64,000 nt of DNA from an uncultured Planctomycetota bacterium (GTDB lineage: Bacteria > Planctomycetota > Planctomycetia > Isosphaerales > Isosphaeraceae), in NCBI GenBank assembly GCA_963845755.1, contig CAWJTV010000003.1, positions 128,001-192,000 of the forward strand. Direction: 5' to 3'. Positions 12,445 through 22,699 of this stretch are shown piece by piece. Below the pieces are notes generated by a model that saw only the letters and a list, made by a program, of their open reading frames with translations, was not told where the DNA came from and searched no databases. The number at the start of each line of letters is the position of its first letter. Positions within the stretch are counted from its first letter, which is position 1. The translations under genes were made by a program, and so were the position numbers.

Positions 12445-12538
12445 GCCTCTACGCCTCCACCTCTTCATCGTTCCGAAGGGATGCGCGGGACCTCTCCCGA
12501 TGATCGATCGGATCCTCGCCTCGGCGATTCGGCGACTT

Positions 12539-13476
12539 GAGACCCTAAAAAAACCCAGTAATCGGCCCGTCAATTGCTCTCAATCTTGAGAGGAGTCCAC
12601 TACCCCTTTGGCCTGTCGGAAAGGGTCTCATCATGGCCAAGCCTTTGCTCCCGGACAAACTCTGGGACTTGATCCAACCCCTGATCCCGCCTCATCCCCC
12701 TGGGCCCAAAGGCGGACGTCCCCCGCTGGACGATCGCAAAGTCCTCACCGGGATCATCTTCATCCTCAAGACCGGCCTGCCTTGGGAGGACTTGCCCCAG
12801 GAGATGGGCTGTGGCTGCGGCATGACCGGTTGGAATCGCTTGCGCGACTGGCAGGCCGCCGGCATCTGGGACCAGATCCACCCGATCTTGTTGGCCCACC
12901 TCCGTCAGGCCGACGGGATCGACTTCGAGCGGTTCATCGTGGACACGGGTCACGTCCGCGCCGTGGGTGGGGGTGAAGAAACCGGCCCCAGCCCCGTCGA
13001 TCGCTCGAAATTGGGGAGCAAACACGCCATCGTCACCGACGGCCAAGGCGTGCCCTTGGTCACCGATACGATCCCGGCGAACACGCCGGATGCCAACTTG
13101 ACCGTGCCGTTGGTGGATGCCGTTCCCCCCATCGCCGGCCAGCCGGGCCACCCCCGCCAACGACCGGACCATGCGATGGGCGACCGGGGTTTTGACGACG
13201 AAGAGCAACGGCAGGAGTTGCGCGACCGGGGGATCGACCCGGAGTTGGCCAAGCGGCGGACGCCCCACGGGAGTGGCCTGGGTGTGTATCGCTGGGTGGT
13301 TGAGCGAACCCTCAGTTGGTTTCACCAGTTTCGCCGCCTGCGTGTGCGTTATGATCGTCGCGGTGACATCCACCAAGGGCTCAGCAATCTGGCCCAGATC
13401 CTCATCACGTTCCGGTTCCTTGAGCGGTACGGGGTAACTTAGAGTACACCGATTGGCTGGGTTCATTTAGGCGCTC
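12539..13476 (+). mobile_element. IS5-family insertion sequence
   Basis: Imperfect TIRs GAGACCCTAAAAAAACCCAG and GAGCGCCTAAATGAACCCAG (16/20). The right flank is TTA, the stop codon of the next gene. The left flank is CTT, so a TSD is not cleanly seen. Confidence 0.75.
12633..13442 (+). CDS. IS5-family transposase
   Basis: LWDLIQPLIP..GGRP..DDRKVLTGIIFILKTG..W; DTGHV, GDRGFD and RWVVERTLSWF DDE motifs. Confidence 0.92.
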   Translation: MAKPLLPDKLWDLIQPLIPPHPPGPKGGRPPLDDRKVLTGIIFILKTGLPWEDLPQEMGCGCGMTGWNRLRDWQAAGIWDQIHPILLAHLRQADGIDFERFIVDTGHVRAVGGGEETGPSPVDRSKLGSKHAIVTDGQGVPLVTDTIPANTPDANLTVPLVDAVPPIAGQPGHPRQRPDHAMGDRGFDDEEQRQELRDRGIDPELAKRRTPHGSGLGVYRWVVERTLSWFHQFRRLRVRYDRRGDIHQGLSNLAQILITFRFLERYGVT

Positions 13477-14400
13477 TTAGGACTCCTCGGAAGCCAGCAA
13501 CTCATCCCAGGTGGCAACCTCCGTGAGGCGATCGCTGAGCTGAAGAAGTCGCTCCCGGTCGGTCATTGCCATGATCGCGACGGCGACCCGTTCATCGGGC
13601 GTGCCGAGCGTTTTTTGGCCGATGCGGAGCAAGGTCTCCGCGATTCCTTTGGTCTCGCCCAGGGCTTCGCCCTTGGCGATGCCCTGGGCCTCGCCCTTGG
13701 CGATACCTTCGGCGAGGATGTCCTGATAGACCCACGAGTCCTCGATTCCCCGAATTCCCAAGATCATGGTTGCCACCCCCCGAATCAGCGCCTCAACTTG
13801 CTCGCGTGGATAACGCGATCCCATCAAGATCGTGGTGGATGCCCACAGGATCTTCCGCAGCTCAACGGGTGCTTCCTGATTGAGCCGCTCCGCGACCACC
13901 GTCAGGACCTCCGGCAACCGATCGGGAGCCACGTTCGAGACCGGGGCCAGCGGCAAGATCGGCAAACCGGCCATCAGGAGTTTCTCCGGCGATTCGAGCC
14001 AGACCCGGACGACATCATACCGGAACCAGAGTTTCCTGCCTCGGCCGGGAAACGTTGTCTCGAAGATCCCGGTCAGCTCGGGCCCGTCGGCCGCGGGCCG
14101 GATCAGCACCAGGACGCTCCACACCGGCACCTGATGTCGTCGCTCCAGGATCGTATTATACCAATGACACTGCTCGGGCTGCGCCAGGTTGCGTCCGGAG
14201 AGGAACTCGGCGTGGACGATCAACGGCTCCTTGCCATCAACCCGCACGACCTTGTCGGCCTCGGCGGTGATCGTCGAGACGTTCGAATCGACAACCTTGA
14301 CCAAGGTAGGATCGGGGACGGGGATGCCGAGGAACTCGAGCCAGGCGGCCGGCTCCAGCTCGAATAGCTCGCGCATCGTTGCATCGAACGGCTTGGACAT
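13477..14400 (-). CDS. Rpn/YhgA-like PD-(D/E)XK nuclease (putative transposase family)
   Basis: MSKPFDATMRELFE..EADKVVRV..HAEF; C-terminal IEDSWVYQDILAEGIAKGEAQGIAKGEALG repeats. Confidence 0.72.
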   Translation of the reverse strand: MSKPFDATMRELFELEPAAWLEFLGIPVPDPTLVKVVDSNVSTITAEADKVVRVDGKEPLIVHAEFLSGRNLAQPEQCHWYNTILERRHQVPVWSVLVLIRPAADGPELTGIFETTFPGRGRKLWFRYDVVRVWLESPEKLLMAGLPILPLAPVSNVAPDRLPEVLTVVAERLNQEAPVELRKILWASTTILMGSRYPREQVEALIRGVATMILGIRGIEDSWVYQDILAEGIAKGEAQGIAKGEALGETKGIAETLLRIGQKTLGTPDERVAVAIMAMTDRERLLQLSDRLTEVATWDELLASEES

Positions 14401-14456
14401 CGCCGGAAGTTTCTCGGAGATTCGTGCGAGATGAACGTTCTGGTGCGACCCGTTCC

Positions 14457-15477
14457 TCAGCGGCTGGCCGTGCCCGACTTGGTATCGGTGGCGGCCAGGA
14501 AGGCCTGACGATGGCTGGGGTCGGGGAACCAGAACCGGCGGCCGTCGCGGGAGACTTCGTATTTCGGGTCGCCGCGCACCAGGAGGCCGGTCGCGCTCAG
14601 GCAATGCGAGCAGAACCCTTGTTCGGCCACGTCGACCATCGCATAACGTTCGGCGTCCTTGAGGAACTGGCGGCGAGCTTCCTCGGTAGAGCAGAGGTAC
14701 AGGCGGCCCTGATAGAGCACACCCCACCTGGGATTTCCCGCGCGGACAGCCCCGCGATCCACCCGGGCGACCGGGCAATCCCCGTGGTTCACCGGGAGAT
14801 AGCGGTCGGGATCCTTGCGGAACAGGCTGCTCATGACCGCGCTGGCGAAGCGGTAGACCCGCCCTTCATGCTGGACCGTGTATTCGGTCTGTCCCGGGAC
14901 CAGCCGCCGGTCGGCGATCAGACTGACGGGGCAATATCCCGAGAGCGCAAACTGGACCTCCTTCTTCGGTTGGGCCGGTTCCGGACGCCCGACCTCCGCC
15001 TTGAGGGATCCCTCCCGCCCTCGCCACGTCGACACGACGTCGCTCAGCAGCGAGTCTAGCTCGTCGGGCCCGAGATAACCCTGGCGAACCGCCACGATCT
15101 CGCGGCTCGGTGACACGATGACCGTCGCCGGCAGTCCTGACAGATTGAAGGCCAACGCGAGTTGTTCGTGGACGTCCGATCGCAGTTTCAACGGCACGAA
15201 GGATTCGCGAGAATGCTGGATGATATCGGGGTCGGGGAACGCGTCGCGCTCCATGCGCGTGCAACTGGGACACCAGGGACCGGTGAACTGGATCCAGAGA
15301 AGCCGGTTGGCCGTCCTGGCTTCCTCGAGGGCCCCGGCATAATCGCCGCGCCACGAGATGGGTTCGGGTCGGCACCCGGGCCAAGCTCAGTCGGTCGGTG
15401 GCGCAGAGTACGGCAGCAGCGATGCCGAAAGCAACGGCGACGCGTTGGCGATGGTCGCGCGATGGGTGGAGAGTCAT
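14457..15477 (-). CDS. Secreted thioredoxin-like plus YHS-like domain protein, frameshift near the 5' end
   Basis: Signal peptide, then WRGDY..ALEEAR..FTGPWCPSC, then repeated GYCPVSL..YRFAS..F..DP.RY YHS-like units. Confidence 0.7.
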
Positions 15478-15629
15478 CGAGCATCTCCCTCGTTCGACGG
15501 CGAACACGTGTTGTTAGGATTGAAGGTGCGCGGCAGAACGCAGCGCACTCCATCCATGGAGATGCCACCCGGCAAGCTCGAGCGGGCCAGACCATTGGCG
15601 GTTGGGATCAAGGCGTCGATTTCAAGACT

Positions 15630-16565
15630 TCACATCGGCTCGCTCGAAGCCGCCTCTTCAGCCGAAAGTCGGGTCGAGCCGTCGGTCGCGGCATTGCGAT
15701 CCGACCTCTCCGCAACCCCGGCGCGACCGCTCCACGCGTCAGCCGCGGAGCCGTTACCCACCGGCACGCGGGATTCCAGGACCGACGCGGCGTTCATCGC
15801 AGCCGCCGGGGAGCCGCGCAACGCCACGGGCGGCTGCAATAACTCGCCCAGGAGCGCGATCTCGCGGAGCTTGGCCGGGGAGGCGAGCATCGTGCGCAGG
15901 TCGCTGCTGGTGAGGGTCGGTCTCGGTTTGTTCGTCGTGGCGTGAGGCAGGTTCGGGGTCGTCTGCTGGGTCAGCGGGGAGCCTAGAGGCGTGATCGGCG
16001 TCGATAGGGGAACGATCTCCAGCGTGCGGCCTTTCTTCGGACCGAGCGGCTGGCTGACCAGTCCAGTCAGCACCCGGGGCCGCTCCGACTCGATCGACTT
16101 GGGCGAGGCAGCCTGAGGGGCACGCCCGCGAGCGGCCGACCGGCGACTGGCCGTCGATCGCGCTGCTCGTGCCGTCGCTGCGGAAGACGGTGAGAACGAC
16201 GATGTCGATCCCTGGGAGGTCCGTGTTTCTGACTCGAGAATCACGATCCCTTCATCGGGACCACCCGACCGCCCGGCCTCCAGAGACCGCGCCTGAGCCG
16301 GAGGCGCGGCCCATCGAGCCGGTGCCGACCGCTCCGCCGCGGGCGCCGCCGGTCGAGACGCGCCCTGGGATCGCGACGATCCCGCCGGCTCGCCGCGGCC
16401 CACCAGGGGAGCACCCATCCCCGGGCGCGGCCCGCCGCCGGCTCCCGGAGCCCGACCCGGGCGCGGCGGCAGCGGCTGGGCATCTCGGTTCAAGAGGGAT
16501 GTCAGCGCCCAGATCGCCAGGAAGGTTAGCGGCACGATGAACTGGAGCAGGAGCTCGGTTTTCAT
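15630..16565 (-). CDS. Hypothetical membrane-anchored low-complexity protein downstream of floA
   Basis: N-terminal TM and C-terminal LREIALLGELLQPPVALR, reminiscent of YqfB-like partners of FloA. Confidence 0.55.
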   Translation of the reverse strand: MKTELLLQFIVPLTFLAIWALTSLLNRDAQPLPPRPGRAPGAGGGPRPGMGAPLVGRGEPAGSSRSQGASRPAAPAAERSAPARWAAPPAQARSLEAGRSGGPDEGIVILESETRTSQGSTSSFSPSSAATARAARSTASRRSAARGRAPQAASPKSIESERPRVLTGLVSQPLGPKKGRTLEIVPLSTPITPLGSPLTQQTTPNLPHATTNKPRPTLTSSDLRTMLASPAKLREIALLGELLQPPVALRGSPAAAMNAASVLESRVPVGNGSAADAWSGRAGVAERSDRNAATDGSTRLSAEEAASSEPM

Positions 16566-16707
16566 CTTCGTTTCGTCCTTAGTCCTTGGTCGTGGGTCAT
16601 GGGTCTAACCGCGATAGCCGTGAGAGACTTCGGGGGCGCGGGGCCTTGAGATGACTTCTGAGTCCGCTTGCGAACCGATGACTCATCATTAATGACCAAT
16701 GACTAAC

Positions 16708-17770
16708 CTAAGAAGGACTGTTCTCACGTCGTGAATTACCGGTACCGGCGATCGCGTTCCGCATCTCGGTATCCGCCTGGACGTTCCGGAGGTGATAATA
16801 GTCGCCGATCCCCAGGTTCCCCGAACGGAACGCTTCGGCGATGGCCAGGGGGACCTCGGCCTCGGCCTCGACGACCTTGGCGCGGTTCTCCTGGACCTGG
16901 GCCTGCATCTCCTGCTCCTTGGCAACGGCGAACGCGCGGGCGCTCTTCCGCCTTGGCACGGGCGACGCGGGTGTCGGCCTCGGCTTGCAGGGCCTGGAGA
17001 TTGGCCCCGATGTTGTCGCCGACATCGACGTCGGCGATGTCGATCGAAAGGATCTCATAAGCGGTGCCGGCGTCCAGCCCCTTCTCGAGGACCCGCTTGG
17101 AGATCGTGTCGGGCTTCTCGAGGACTTGCTCGTGCGTGTCCGCCGAACCGATGGCGTTGACGATCCCCTCGCCGACCCGCGCGATGATCGTCTCGTCGGT
17201 CGCGCCGCCGACCAGGCGATCGAGGTTGGTGCGGACGGTCACCTTCGCCTTGACCTTCAACTGGATGCCGTTCTTGGCGACGCCGTCGATGCTCTGCCGT
17301 CCGGAGCTGGGGTCGGGGCACGGGATGACCTTGGGATTGACGCTGGTCTGGACGGCCTCCAGGACGTTGCGCCCGGCGAGGTCGATCGCCGCGGCCCGCT
17401 TGTACGAGAGCGGGATGTCGGCCCGGTTGGCGGCGATCAGCGCCCGGACGACGTTCGGCACATTGCCGCCGGCCAGATAGTGGGCCTCCAGGGCCCGGGT
17501 GGTCATGCCGTCCTTCTCCGACAGGCCCGCCTGGTAGGCCATGATCTTCGAGCGGACGATGATGTTCGGATTCACCTTGCGGAACGACATCCCGACGAGC
17601 TCCAGGATGCTGATGCTGGCCGAAGTCATCTTCGCCTGGAGCCAGAGGTTGGCATACTTCGCCAGGAAGATGCAGAGGATGATCGCAAACAGCACCAGGA
17701 CGAAGATCAAGAACAGGACGTAGGTCGGCCAGTGGGAGGGGTTAAGCTCAGCAAGCAGCGTGGCGATCAT
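16708..17770 (-). CDS. floA: Flotillin-like protein FloA (YqfA), frameshift near 16940
   Basis: [49 protein letters not shown] and [19 protein letters not shown]. Confidence 0.92.
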
Positions 17771-18979
17771 GGTGAATCCTCGAAAAGGGTGACCGCGCCG
17801 GCGAGATCATCCGCCCCGAGAGCGGACGGAGGGTTAGCCCGCATCAAGTCCCTGAGGGTGCACGGGCCAGGCGGTCGGCGCGCCGCCACCTGTTCCAACC
17901 TCCCAGTGTAATCGAACGCTCGGCTTGATCGCCAACCCCTTCCCCGTTCGTGGCGCCGCCAAGGTGAGGGTCTCAAGAGTCGATGGAAAACGTTTCGCGT
18001 TCAGTTGATATGCATGATCGTCTTGACACAAGTTGCGACAGGGGTTTCCTCGGGGACGCGGGTGGCCGGGTTGCACCTTCGGCGATCACCAGGGCGAGTC
18101 GGTTTTTCTGGCCTTGAGGACGTGGTCTGGGCATGGCACGAACTGGCACTGGAAGACAACATTTCGACGGGCCTCCAGTGCCACGTTCGCGCTCCTGAGC
18201 CTCGGGGCACGGCGTTGACTCGGGGGCGCGTCAGCAAGCGGCGTTGATCCAGGGCACTCCAACGGCGATGATGGACGGTCCAGGCATACCGGCGTGGTGT
18301 CGTCGGGCCGACCGTACGACACGGATGATACTCAGTCAATCTCTCTATTAATCAGTATGCCGCAACTTCGAAATTTCGTTAATGCACCTACGGCGGATTC
18401 TGGCCGTTTCCTCGGCGCAACTCTCGGCCCAATTATGAGATAAAAAAAACGAAAAAAATTCTGAGGCGGGAGACTGCGCAGCCGAAGTCCACCATGAAAC
18501 CGGTCTTGTTTGACCATCCTGCTCGTATGGCGTCCGGCCGCTATTCTCGGCACTCGGCTCCTACGGGATAGGAGGGACGGCAGCCCGCTCCCGAGCGGAG
18601 GACGACGGCATCCTGGAGAGTTGGCTGAATGGATCGACATCGACTACTTTAGCAATGTCGTCGGAACCCGTTCACACCCTGCTCGACAGTTGTAAGACGC
18701 CTGTTTTCAAACATGAATTATAGTCAATAAGTGGGCTTTTCCCCAAAAAATCACAGCTTCGGAGCGTGGGAACGAGTGATAATCTCGGACAATCGTCAAC
18801 CGAGGCGTGAACGCGTACCCATCTCCTTCACTCTCTGAATTTTTCATGCATTTCGTGTATTTCGTGGTTGAACTCTTCCAGGGAGAAGGGTCAAGAGCTG
18901 TGAGGGGCCGGGTCGTTTTAGGCGCCCTCAGGATCGGCGGCGCCGCCGGTCGGTGTTGTCCCCGCGCCACGCGGCCGGG

Positions 18980-21220
18980 TCAAACCCGCTTGACGATCAC
19001 GCGCGTGCCCTGAACATCGACGACCTCGACGAGCGTGTCGGGCTCGACGTAGCCGCCGGATGCCATGACATCGATCTGGAGGTTGCCGAACCGGGCCTTC
19101 CCGGTGGGCCTCAGCGGGCAGGTGGTCCGCCCGGTCTCGCCGATCAGGAAGCTGAGCGACTCGTACCCTTCCACGACCGGCCGGCCCGCGGTCTCGTCGG
19201 TCTCGAAGCCGGTCCAGGGCTCCGGTTTGAGGATCAGGCGGTTGAACAGCGGCAGCGAGGGGAAGTATCGCGCCAGGACCGCGGCCCCGACTCCCACGAG
19301 CACGAGCATCCCGGTGACCTGCATGAGCGTGTATCCCAGCTCGCGGTACTCGTAGTCGTGCGTCGGCCAGATGAAGGTGTGGCTGGCCATCACGATGCTG
19401 CAGAGCATCAGCAGGATTCCGCTGATGCCGAAGATCCCCATCCCCGGGAACACGAACAGCTCCACGGCCAGACAGACCAGCCCGATGAGGAACAGGATGA
19501 TCTCCAACTGGTCCGCGGTCCCGCTGAGATAATGGCTCCAGAAGAACAGGAGGAAGGCCAGGGCCGAGATGATCCCGGGCAGTCCGACGCCGGGGAGCTT
19601 CAGCTCGATGACCATCATGAAGACTCCGAGGAACAGCAGGAGCCAGCTCACGACGGGCTTGGTCAGGAAGGCGACCAGCGCATCCACCCAGCCCGGCCCC
19701 TCCTTGTGGATCTCCATGCCCTGCAAACCATAGAGCACCTTCAGCTCTTCATCGTCGTTGACGACGCGTCCCAGGCCGTAGGAGGCGGCCTCATCGGCCT
19801 TGATGGTGAGGACGGTTCCGGGCTCCTTGCGGGTCTCGATCACCTGGTATCGGCCCGGTTCGTTCGCCAGATCGCTCCGCAGGACCAGGCGCATGGCGCC
19901 GGTCTTGGAATCCTTGGCCTCCAGGACCTCGGCGGCGGGATCGACCATCGCCCGCGCCACGGCCTCGGGATGCATCCGCAACCGAGCCCAGTGCTCGGCC
20001 TTGCCGGCCAATCCGGCCATCAGCTCCGGGCTGAGGTCGCGGAGCCGGCCATCCGATCCGCTGATGACATGGCGGACGTCGCCGATCTGCGAATTCTTCT
20101 TGAAGACGATGTCCCGGCACGCCAGCGGCAGCAGGGCGGCCAGGCCCACCGCGCGGTCCTCGATGTAGGCCACCGTCTTCATGTCCTTGATTCCGGCGAC
20201 CAGGTCGGCGAGGCTGTCGGTCACCGCGTCGTTTCCCCCGGGGCTGTTGATTTGCAGGATCAGCAGATTGGCCTTCTCCTGTCGCGCCTGGTCCACGCGC
20301 TTGGCGAGGTACGAGACCATGATGCTGTCCAGCGGACCTTCCAGGGGGATCCAGACGGGGAGGATCTTGTGCCCGAGGGTCGGGTCGTCGATGGCGGAAC
20401 GGCCGGAGATGTGGTAGATACTCGTCACCTCGTCCCGAGATTCCGCCGTCCGTTTGCAGAAGCCCTCGTCGAAAGCCCGCTTGGCCTCTAGCACGCCGCG
20501 CTGGCCACCCTCCCAGGCCGGTCGTTCCTCGATCACCTGGTGCGTCGTCTGGAAGGAGGGCAGGTTCTCGGCCAGGACGTAGTGCACGGTCTTATTGGCC
20601 GTGCGGACCAGCCGCAAGTCGGCGTCCCGATCGAGCATCCCCAGCAGCAGGTCGGGGTCGCGGGTCTTCCGTTTGGCCAGGAACCCGACCAACTCCCGGT
20701 AGGCGGGATCGGGCGCCTGGTCCTCCGGAGTGATCGGGCCCAGGGTTGCCGAGGACCCCATCACGATCTCGGTGCATGCGACCGCCGGCAGGACGGCGTA
20801 TCCCCGGAGCGGTTGCGGGATGTAGGCCACCGTCAGCTTCGCCCCGGCCAACTCCCGGGAGATCAGGTTGGCCAGGTCGTGAGAGACGCCGAACTCGCTG
20901 GTGCCCGGTGCCTTGTCGCCCGGCAGGAACTCGAAGACGAGGATCGGCCGCTTCCCCGCTTCGGCCGACGCGGAGGAATCGACCAGTTGCCGCGTCTGCG
21001 CACGGATCCGCGCGATCGTCTCGGACGTGATCGGCTCGACCACGGGGAAGAACTGGGCCGGGGTATCCTCGATGGCGGTGGGAGACGCGTCTTGAGCGAT
21101 CGCCGGCAGACCGATCGTATTGACGAGGAGTGTCAGCAGCAGCGACCACAACCTCTCGTGGTGACGCGGAGCGCGGGAGCGAATCATAGCAGTCGGACTC
21201 CCTCCGAGAGTCGGACGCAT
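18980..21220 (-). CDS. NfeD-family membrane-bound ClpP-class protease with OB domain
   Basis: Two ClpP-like regions (INSPGG), a TM bundle (ELKLPGVGLPG, ELFVFPGMGIFG) and C-terminal LIGETGRTTCPLRPTGKA..IDV. Confidence 0.85.
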   Translation of the reverse strand: MRPTLGGSPTAMIRSRAPRHHERLWSLLLTLLVNTIGLPAIAQDASPTAIEDTPAQFFPVVEPITSETIARIRAQTRQLVDSSASAEAGKRPILVFEFLPGDKAPGTSEFGVSHDLANLISRELAGAKLTVAYIPQPLRGYAVLPAVACTEIVMGSSATLGPITPEDQAPDPAYRELVGFLAKRKTRDPDLLLGMLDRDADLRLVRTANKTVHYVLAENLPSFQTTHQVIEERPAWEGGQRGVLEAKRAFDEGFCKRTAESRDEVTSIYHISGRSAIDDPTLGHKILPVWIPLEGPLDSIMVSYLAKRVDQARQEKANLLILQINSPGGNDAVTDSLADLVAGIKDMKTVAYIEDRAVGLAALLPLACRDIVFKKNSQIGDVRHVISGSDGRLRDLSPELMAGLAGKAEHWARLRMHPEAVARAMVDPAAEVLEAKDSKTGAMRLVLRSDLANEPGRYQVIETRKEPGTVLTIKADEAASYGLGRVVNDDEELKVLYGLQGMEIHKEGPGWVDALVAFLTKPVVSWLLLFLGVFMMVIELKLPGVGLPGIISALAFLLFFWSHYLSGTADQLEIILFLIGLVCLAVELFVFPGMGIFGISGILLMLCSIVMASHTFIWPTHDYEYRELGYTLMQVTGMLVLVGVGAAVLARYFPSLPLFNRLILKPEPWTGFETDETAGRPVVEGYESLSFLIGETGRTTCPLRPTGKARFGNLQIDVMASGGYVEPDTLVEVVDVQGTRVIVKRV

Positions 21221-21497
21221 CCGGGTCCTCGCCGTCGGCGGCGCAGCGGTCGGATCCGGCCATCGGATAGGGTCCGATACGACCGGTTGTGGCGACCCGC
21301 GCCGGTCCCAGCCAGTCGCCGTGCGCTCCGAACGCAGACACAGTCAATCGCGTGGCTCACCCGGGTGATTATAAGCGGATCACGGGGGTGGGTCAAACAC
21401 CCCAGGACGCACCGGCGCCGCCACCGTCGGCTTCCCGGGATCGTCCCACTGCCCTGTCCGGCTGCCTTGTGCCCGAACTCTCGACCAGACTTTCGCT

Positions 21498-22411
21498 TCA
21501 GCGTTGCCGAAACAGGCCCTTCGCCGGCTGAGCCGGCTGGGCGCCGACATTCGCCGACGGCTGTCCTGGCGCCTGAGGGTTCCGCTCCAGCTTATAGTCC
21601 TTCGCAGGGTGTCCCTGGAACCAGGCGTTCTTGACCTCGGCGTTCGGGACGACATGCTCGAACCGAAAGTCTTTGGTACTCTTGTTGTCGGGTGAGGTCA
21701 GGTAGATCCGGACCGGCAAGAGCCATTTCTTGTCCAGGACAATCTGGGCCGTCCGGAACTCCTCCTTATCCGCCGGAAGCTTGGGGCGGACCAGCACATA
21801 ATAGTATTGCTGGTCCTCTTTCACGAGCTTCATCTCGTAGCGCGCCTCGGCCTGTTGCGCCTTCATGTTGAAGAGGAATGGCAGGGGGCCTTCCTCGAGC
21901 GCCCGCTGACGCGATTCCTTGGCCAGCGGATAGACGAAGATCTGCTTGGTGGGGTGGAGATACTGCCAGACCTCTTTTTCGCCGCAGATGATGGTTTCGT
22001 GGGCCGTCGTGGATCGTTTCTTGGGATTCTTGGGATCCGCCACCGGGACCAACTTCCCCTTCGCATCGCGCATGGTCTTGATCTTCTTGAAGTCGAGTGC
22101 GCAAGCTGAGGGTTCTGGAAGATGGCCAGCCCCTCGTAATGAACCTCTTCATTCCAGTCTGGCAAACGATCGATGCGGTAGATCCAGACTTCGAGCGTCT
22201 TCAACTTGGCACTCTGACGCTCCCAGTCCTTGAGGAGCTTTTGCATCATGGCCGGATCCGGCGCCGCCTGGACCTGGCGGGCCGGGGCACCGGCTCCAGG
22301 CCGGGCCGCCGGGGCCCGATTGCCTGCACCGTCCTGGGGGAACGCCGTCGCGAGACTGCTCGCGGACACGGCGATGAGTGAGGACAACAAGATCCGTCTT
22401 GCTCGTGGCAT
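21498..22411 (-). CDS. Planctomycete secreted LolA-like (TIGR03009-type) protein, frameshift near 22100
   Basis: Signal peptide; LLKDWERQSAKLKTL; IICGEKEVWQY; ALEEGPLPFLFNMKA. Confidence 0.65.
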
Positions 22412-22699
22412 GGGCCACCTTCCTCCCTGCGAACGGCTCGAGCCCAGTGGGTACCCGCGATGTGCGGAGCACGGCCGGTTCCCTCTGACCGACTCCTGCG
22501 CGGACCCTACCATAGTTCGCTGATGGCTGCCAGTGCAGCCCAGAAACACCCTGTAGATAGGGACGAACAGGCGGACTGGGATGATTGGTGAAAATAGGCG
22601 ACATCCGGCTCTCGAGCCCGGACGCCGCCCATGCAACCATGCCACCTCGGACAGTTCGGACGCGATCCTGCTTCGTGTGCCGTGGTCCGCGGGGACCGT

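Noticed and set aside
18001..18339. 112-aa ORF in the nfeD-floA gap
   Set aside because: No motif or clear RBS, and the composition is typical of a spurious ORF.
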